This document shows, in pieces, positions 59,419 through 64,000 of a DNA stretch of 64,000 bases. The position numbers were made by a program, and so were the translations under genes. The notes below the pieces were generated by a model that was not told the DNA's origin, did no database searches, and saw only the letters and a list, made by a program, of their open reading frames with translations. Location of the stretch: assembly GCA_030141605.1 (NCBI GenBank), contig JAQGDQ010000012.1:186001-250000 (forward strand). The letters run 5' to 3'. The stretch is from Tubiluchus corallicola (lineage: Eukaryota; Animalia; Priapulida). Within the stretch, counting starts at the first letter, position 1, and the number at the start of each line of letters is the position of its first letter.

Positions 59419-62400
59419 GCTTGAATACCCGCCCGAAATAAGCTTTCCAGGAAGATCAACACGAAAGAAGAGATTTCACATATTTAGGTACTGCAAATGC
59501 CATCATGGAAGTCAGCTAAAAATATAGAATTTAACTTATTTATATACTTGTTGATAACAACTGAATCACCAATCGTACAAATGAAGTCTAGCTTTTTCAC
59601 TACGCAACATAATTAATCATAAAATCTGTAAGTGAAGTAAAATAACACTAAACACAGAGTGGGAGCACAATTTATTATATTTAAACTACTTTTTGCTCCC
59701 ACAAAAATACCAAAGCCAAAATAGAAGACATAGTACCATTCTGCTATATGCACCTCATCAAGAACACTTGTTGATGAAACAAAGACCAATCCACTTGAGA
59801 GGGTATTCTTTTTCACATAAAAAATAAATATGAATCCCGAAAACTTCAACACCTTACAGCATATGGGTGGAAAATTTCTATGTACATTAGCTGAAGCAGA
59901 CGACCAGAACAGGCTGCGCACGCATTCAAAGGTGGATCAATATCGGACGGAAGACACAGCAAACATTAAAGTTAATCACACACAGTTTCTGCAGTGTCTA
60001 AACGAGATACCCAACTAACCAACTACGTCAATGGCTGCATCAACAAAGTCCTATTAACAACCTTATAACAAATGACTGCTGACGCTGACAGCGGGCCAAA
60101 CGACTTTCTGTTATGTCGATGGTGGTCAACTATCTGAATGATTTCTGAAGTATTTGTAACTCTGTCATCAGATAGCATGAATGTTCAACTTTCTTAAATG
60201 ACACCTAGTGACACAAATGCTTCACTAGGCTGTATTGCTTTTACAATGTCATAACATCTAAACTCTCTTTCCGTTATTACGATATACTCAATGCATAAAT
60301 TGCACATATGTTCTAAACCCTTTCAATAATTTCTCTATAATTTGTAACCTATTATTTTGAAAATAATTCTACTGAAGTGTTATACATGTTTCATAATTTT
60401 CTAGTCTGCTACGAAAATGTCACCAAAATGAGTATTATACAAGAACCTGCAAGGTTGGCTTTCATTTCTTCATATATGACTAGCTACCCTACTAACATTT
60501 AAGGGCATAGCCACTTAGGTTCCACACTAAGAGCGAGACTTGCTTATTTAACAATAATAATTTAATGAACTGCAATTAGAATGATTACAGGCTTAATTTA
60601 GTAGTAGTTTGGATTTGTTGAAGTAATTCACACTTCCATGCAAATTTGCTGAAATAATTCATGCTTTGGTTTACTAGAATATCAATTGATATAATTATTG
60701 TCAAGCATAGTATCCAGGTCACATGTCACAAAGCTTTGCCTTGTACTGGTACTCAAGTAAAGCACTGACATTTTCCAGATTTTTCTCCAAACAGTTACAG
60801 TGAAACTTTATGATACTAGTTTTTGACTTTACAGACGAAATTTTTATTAAACTAATGCCTTTTATTCTTTTAGGATGCTAAACTGCCTAAAGATTCTTCC
60901 AACAGATGGCAACTTATTGCTAATATGTAAATATAGGTTTGGGTACGTTTTTCTGGGAGAAATACAGCAAGTGAGCAGCGGTGCAAAAACTACTTGGTTG
61001 GTTGCCAGAACAGGTGATTGACAGCAACGGATATGTGTATTATGATGGCCATTTGGCACTAAATTACCGGAACTGCAAATATGAATATTTCAGGGCTTAA
61101 TATTTGAAATCCACAGGAACAGGACCTCACAAACAGAGTTATTTTATAAAAGTGGTAATAAGTATTGCAAAATGTGTGACTATCACAATCTACTTTGAAA
61201 TATAAGATAGCCTAATTATTTAAAGTTCTTATGTTACAAAATATATCGTTTAACAGTTATTTGAAGACACAAACATATTTAAAAATTTATGATAAGAACT
61301 AACAGATCACGCCTTAGTTAAAACACCTTAACATGTGGGTGAGACTTTGTCATCTTACTTCTGGTTTATTGTGAGCTCGTTTATTAGTTTTGATGGTTTG
61401 TTGCCTACACGCATGCTTATGCTGAATCTCTGTTGTTTGCAAAATTTTTTGCAATGATTTCAACACTTTTTATTATGAGAGAAAAATGGTAATGCCAGTC
61501 AAAATTAAACCAATAATTGTTTATCTTAGATGTACTGATTGTTTGTAAATAACACAAAAATATCAGTAGTCGGGTATGAACTATATTATATTACAAAAGG
61601 CTATTAGAAGCTACATTTACTATGTAAAGCTGTAAATTTGTATTGAAATTTGAAAGATATTGTGAATGCGGTCGAGCGCAAATATTTTGAATTTTTAAGC
61701 AGAAATGAACTGATACTGAACCTGAACTAAATCTGATACTAGAATGGCTATGTCAAAATTAAGTAATGAATTATTTTTATTGTACTCACCTTGAATAACT
61801 GCTATATTATTTATTGTCCCTTTTTGTTTAAATTGTTATGATGTGTAAATATTCTTATTTCTTATGCTACTAACAAACTGAAAATTGTACTGCAGTTTTG
61901 ACATAAATAGTAATAATAACAAATTATGCAAGAATCAGAAATTTTGCGTGCACTTCAGGTGATAACTCAGAAGAGCGGTAGGCATGTGGGTCATTTAATG
62001 TCAAGAAAACAGCAGGGAAGTCAAACAGCGATCGATATCTCTAAAGCCCCCGTGATACTAGATGATAACCATGAAGGCAATAAAGAATTTCTCGATGATC
62101 ACAGCAAAATAAAAAAAAGACTTGCTGCTTCCACACTATCACTGGCTTCTTCCCCGCTTACTACAATCCCTAGTGAATGTAGTTGTATTGTATTAAAACG
62201 TAATACAGATTTGTACAAACAAACCCAAAATTATAGCCTAATGCAAATGCGATGATAATACATCTATAAAAACTTTAGTATGATGGAGTAACGCTTACAT
62301 GCAACGACACTATCGGAACCATGCACATACTGCTTTTCTATGACAATCTATTTCTTCTGCCATGACTCTGAATACGCTTAAAATTTTTCTGCAGCCATGA

Positions 62401-63695
62401 AGACATTAAAGAATACAATGTATACCTGGCGATTTCAATTGCTCTGTCACTAAGATCTAGAAAACAATGCTGCGATCAATGGAAACCTAGTCAGTTTTTA
62501 AGGTCACAGTGATATCCTTCTTCAGCATATGTATTTAACATATAATAATTCTGCTGGCATGTTGTCTGTATCTATATAATTTGTGTGCTAGAACTCAATG
62601 GCTAAACCTGATTCATACATCACATGAAAGGTCTCGATATATTGTCTTCTCAATGCGTGATTTTCGTTCGAGTGGAACAGAAGGCAAAAATTGCAAAAAG
62701 TGTAGAATTTATAGTCCCTAGCTGAAGAAATAGGATTATGCCAAGGTCAAGTCAGAGTTTATTTATAAAGGAAATTTTCAAAACAAGCATTGAAGTCTGC
62801 AGGCACAAAGCCCTATGTGGATGGGTATGGGACCTCACCCCCAAAAGCTTGAAATTTTGGAGGCTAACATTCATGGAGGTAAACTAAAGTAAGGCAGACA
62901 CAAGGCATGTACTTACATTGTTGTATGCTATTATATTAATTATTATTGGACTATAAGTAGAATGTGAAGTATATGGAGATAAAAGGAAAGTAATTATTCA
63001 AAATCTATTGAATAATTTGTTAAATATCTAAAGTTACTTAGCTTGCATCAAAATACCACAAAAACGTAAGGCCTTAAGGAATATACAAAACATAACATTT
63101 GGGATTTTCCTAAGTCACAAACAACAGGCTTCAGATATCTACATTGCCTATTCAAAGATACCTTTGAACCACACCTACAAAATAGCTTTTGTCATGGATT
63201 GATCTAGTTTTTCCTTCTGTAATCTGTGTCTTTTGAAGCGGACCGAGCATTGTAATCTATAAGTAAAAGCCTGTTCACCCATATGTCCAAATGTACTTGC
63301 ATGTTAGCAAATATGCCTTAAAGTTGCTGGAGATCAGCAATCAATTACTGTGACACAAGTTGACTTTTCTCGAGTCACTTCAAAACAGGCTCTGGATTGA
63401 GTCAACAATAATAGTTAGATATGGTTAGAATAATGGTTAGAAGACCTATTTACATTTTTGGGAAACCCGTGGCTTCCCAACTTTAAACATTTTCCAAAAC
63501 AAAATTATACTCTGTCACACAGCAGTTCCTTATGTTATCTTCCAATATATTGAACCCACATCTCACACAACAGTTAAATAATATGACTGTAACCCTCCAT
63601 TTACACGATCAGTTTTTAAACTGTTGAACTAAACTGACAAACAAAAACTGACGAGTATTTAGATGACACCAAACTTTACTCTGTCAGACTCCAGT

Positions 63696-64000
63696 AATAA
63701 CTATTCAGTAAGGGGTGTCAGTCTCTCATTTAAAGGATGATGCAACGTGACTTTTGAATTATATGAGTATGTCCCACTTGCAACGTTTAACTATTTTTTG
63801 CAAGAAGCTCAATGGAAACAAAGCTAAACGCAAATAAATTCTACTAACCAATACCTGTATAACACACCTACACAAATTGGAAATAACTGTTCAGTAAGGG
63901 GTGTCAGTCTCTCATTTAAAGGATGACGCACCGTGACTTTTAAATTATATGAGTATGTTGTACTTGCAACGTTTAACTATTTTTTGCAAGAAGCTCAATG
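63696..64000. repeat. Direct repeat with period about 186 bp, running off the window end
   Basis: aataact(a/g)ttcagtaaggggtgtcagtctctcatttaaaggatga...gcaagaagctcaatg occurs twice. Confidence 0.9.

Noticed and set aside
61784-61803. Possible 5' UTR mini-exon of unc-104 (AAG|gtgagt)
   Set aside because: Only a donor-like motif with a weak acceptor; not supportable without transcripts.

Overview
AT-rich, intron-containing animal (probably invertebrate) genomic DNA; the species cannot be identified from this window. Three protein-coding genes lie in tandem on the minus strand. (1) A complete 40-exon kinesin-3 gene, KIF1A/unc-104 (CDS 59418 to 22162, about 1688 aa by hand-splicing). (2) A 10-exon type I membrane protein with three Ig domains and a long Pro/Glu-rich repeat tail (18440 to 9471, about 725 aa). 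(3) Part of a probably secreted protein with two tandem fibrinogen-related-like exons (about 8168 to 3108). Introns and spacers hold degenerate LINE fragments, TIR elements (one nested in a LINE), short tandem duplications and long (CT/GA)n tracts. The most interesting signal is the kinesin stop codon, which sits in the UGA-CUAG readthrough context; readthrough would add 14 residues ending in a CaaX-like CKFL. Other notable signals are a diverged paralogous alternative exon and a frame-complementary microexon pair in kinesin intron 18, and coding-like sequence past the Ig gene's stop. All gene models were assembled by eye from GT-AG boundaries and phase continuity, without transcript evidence.
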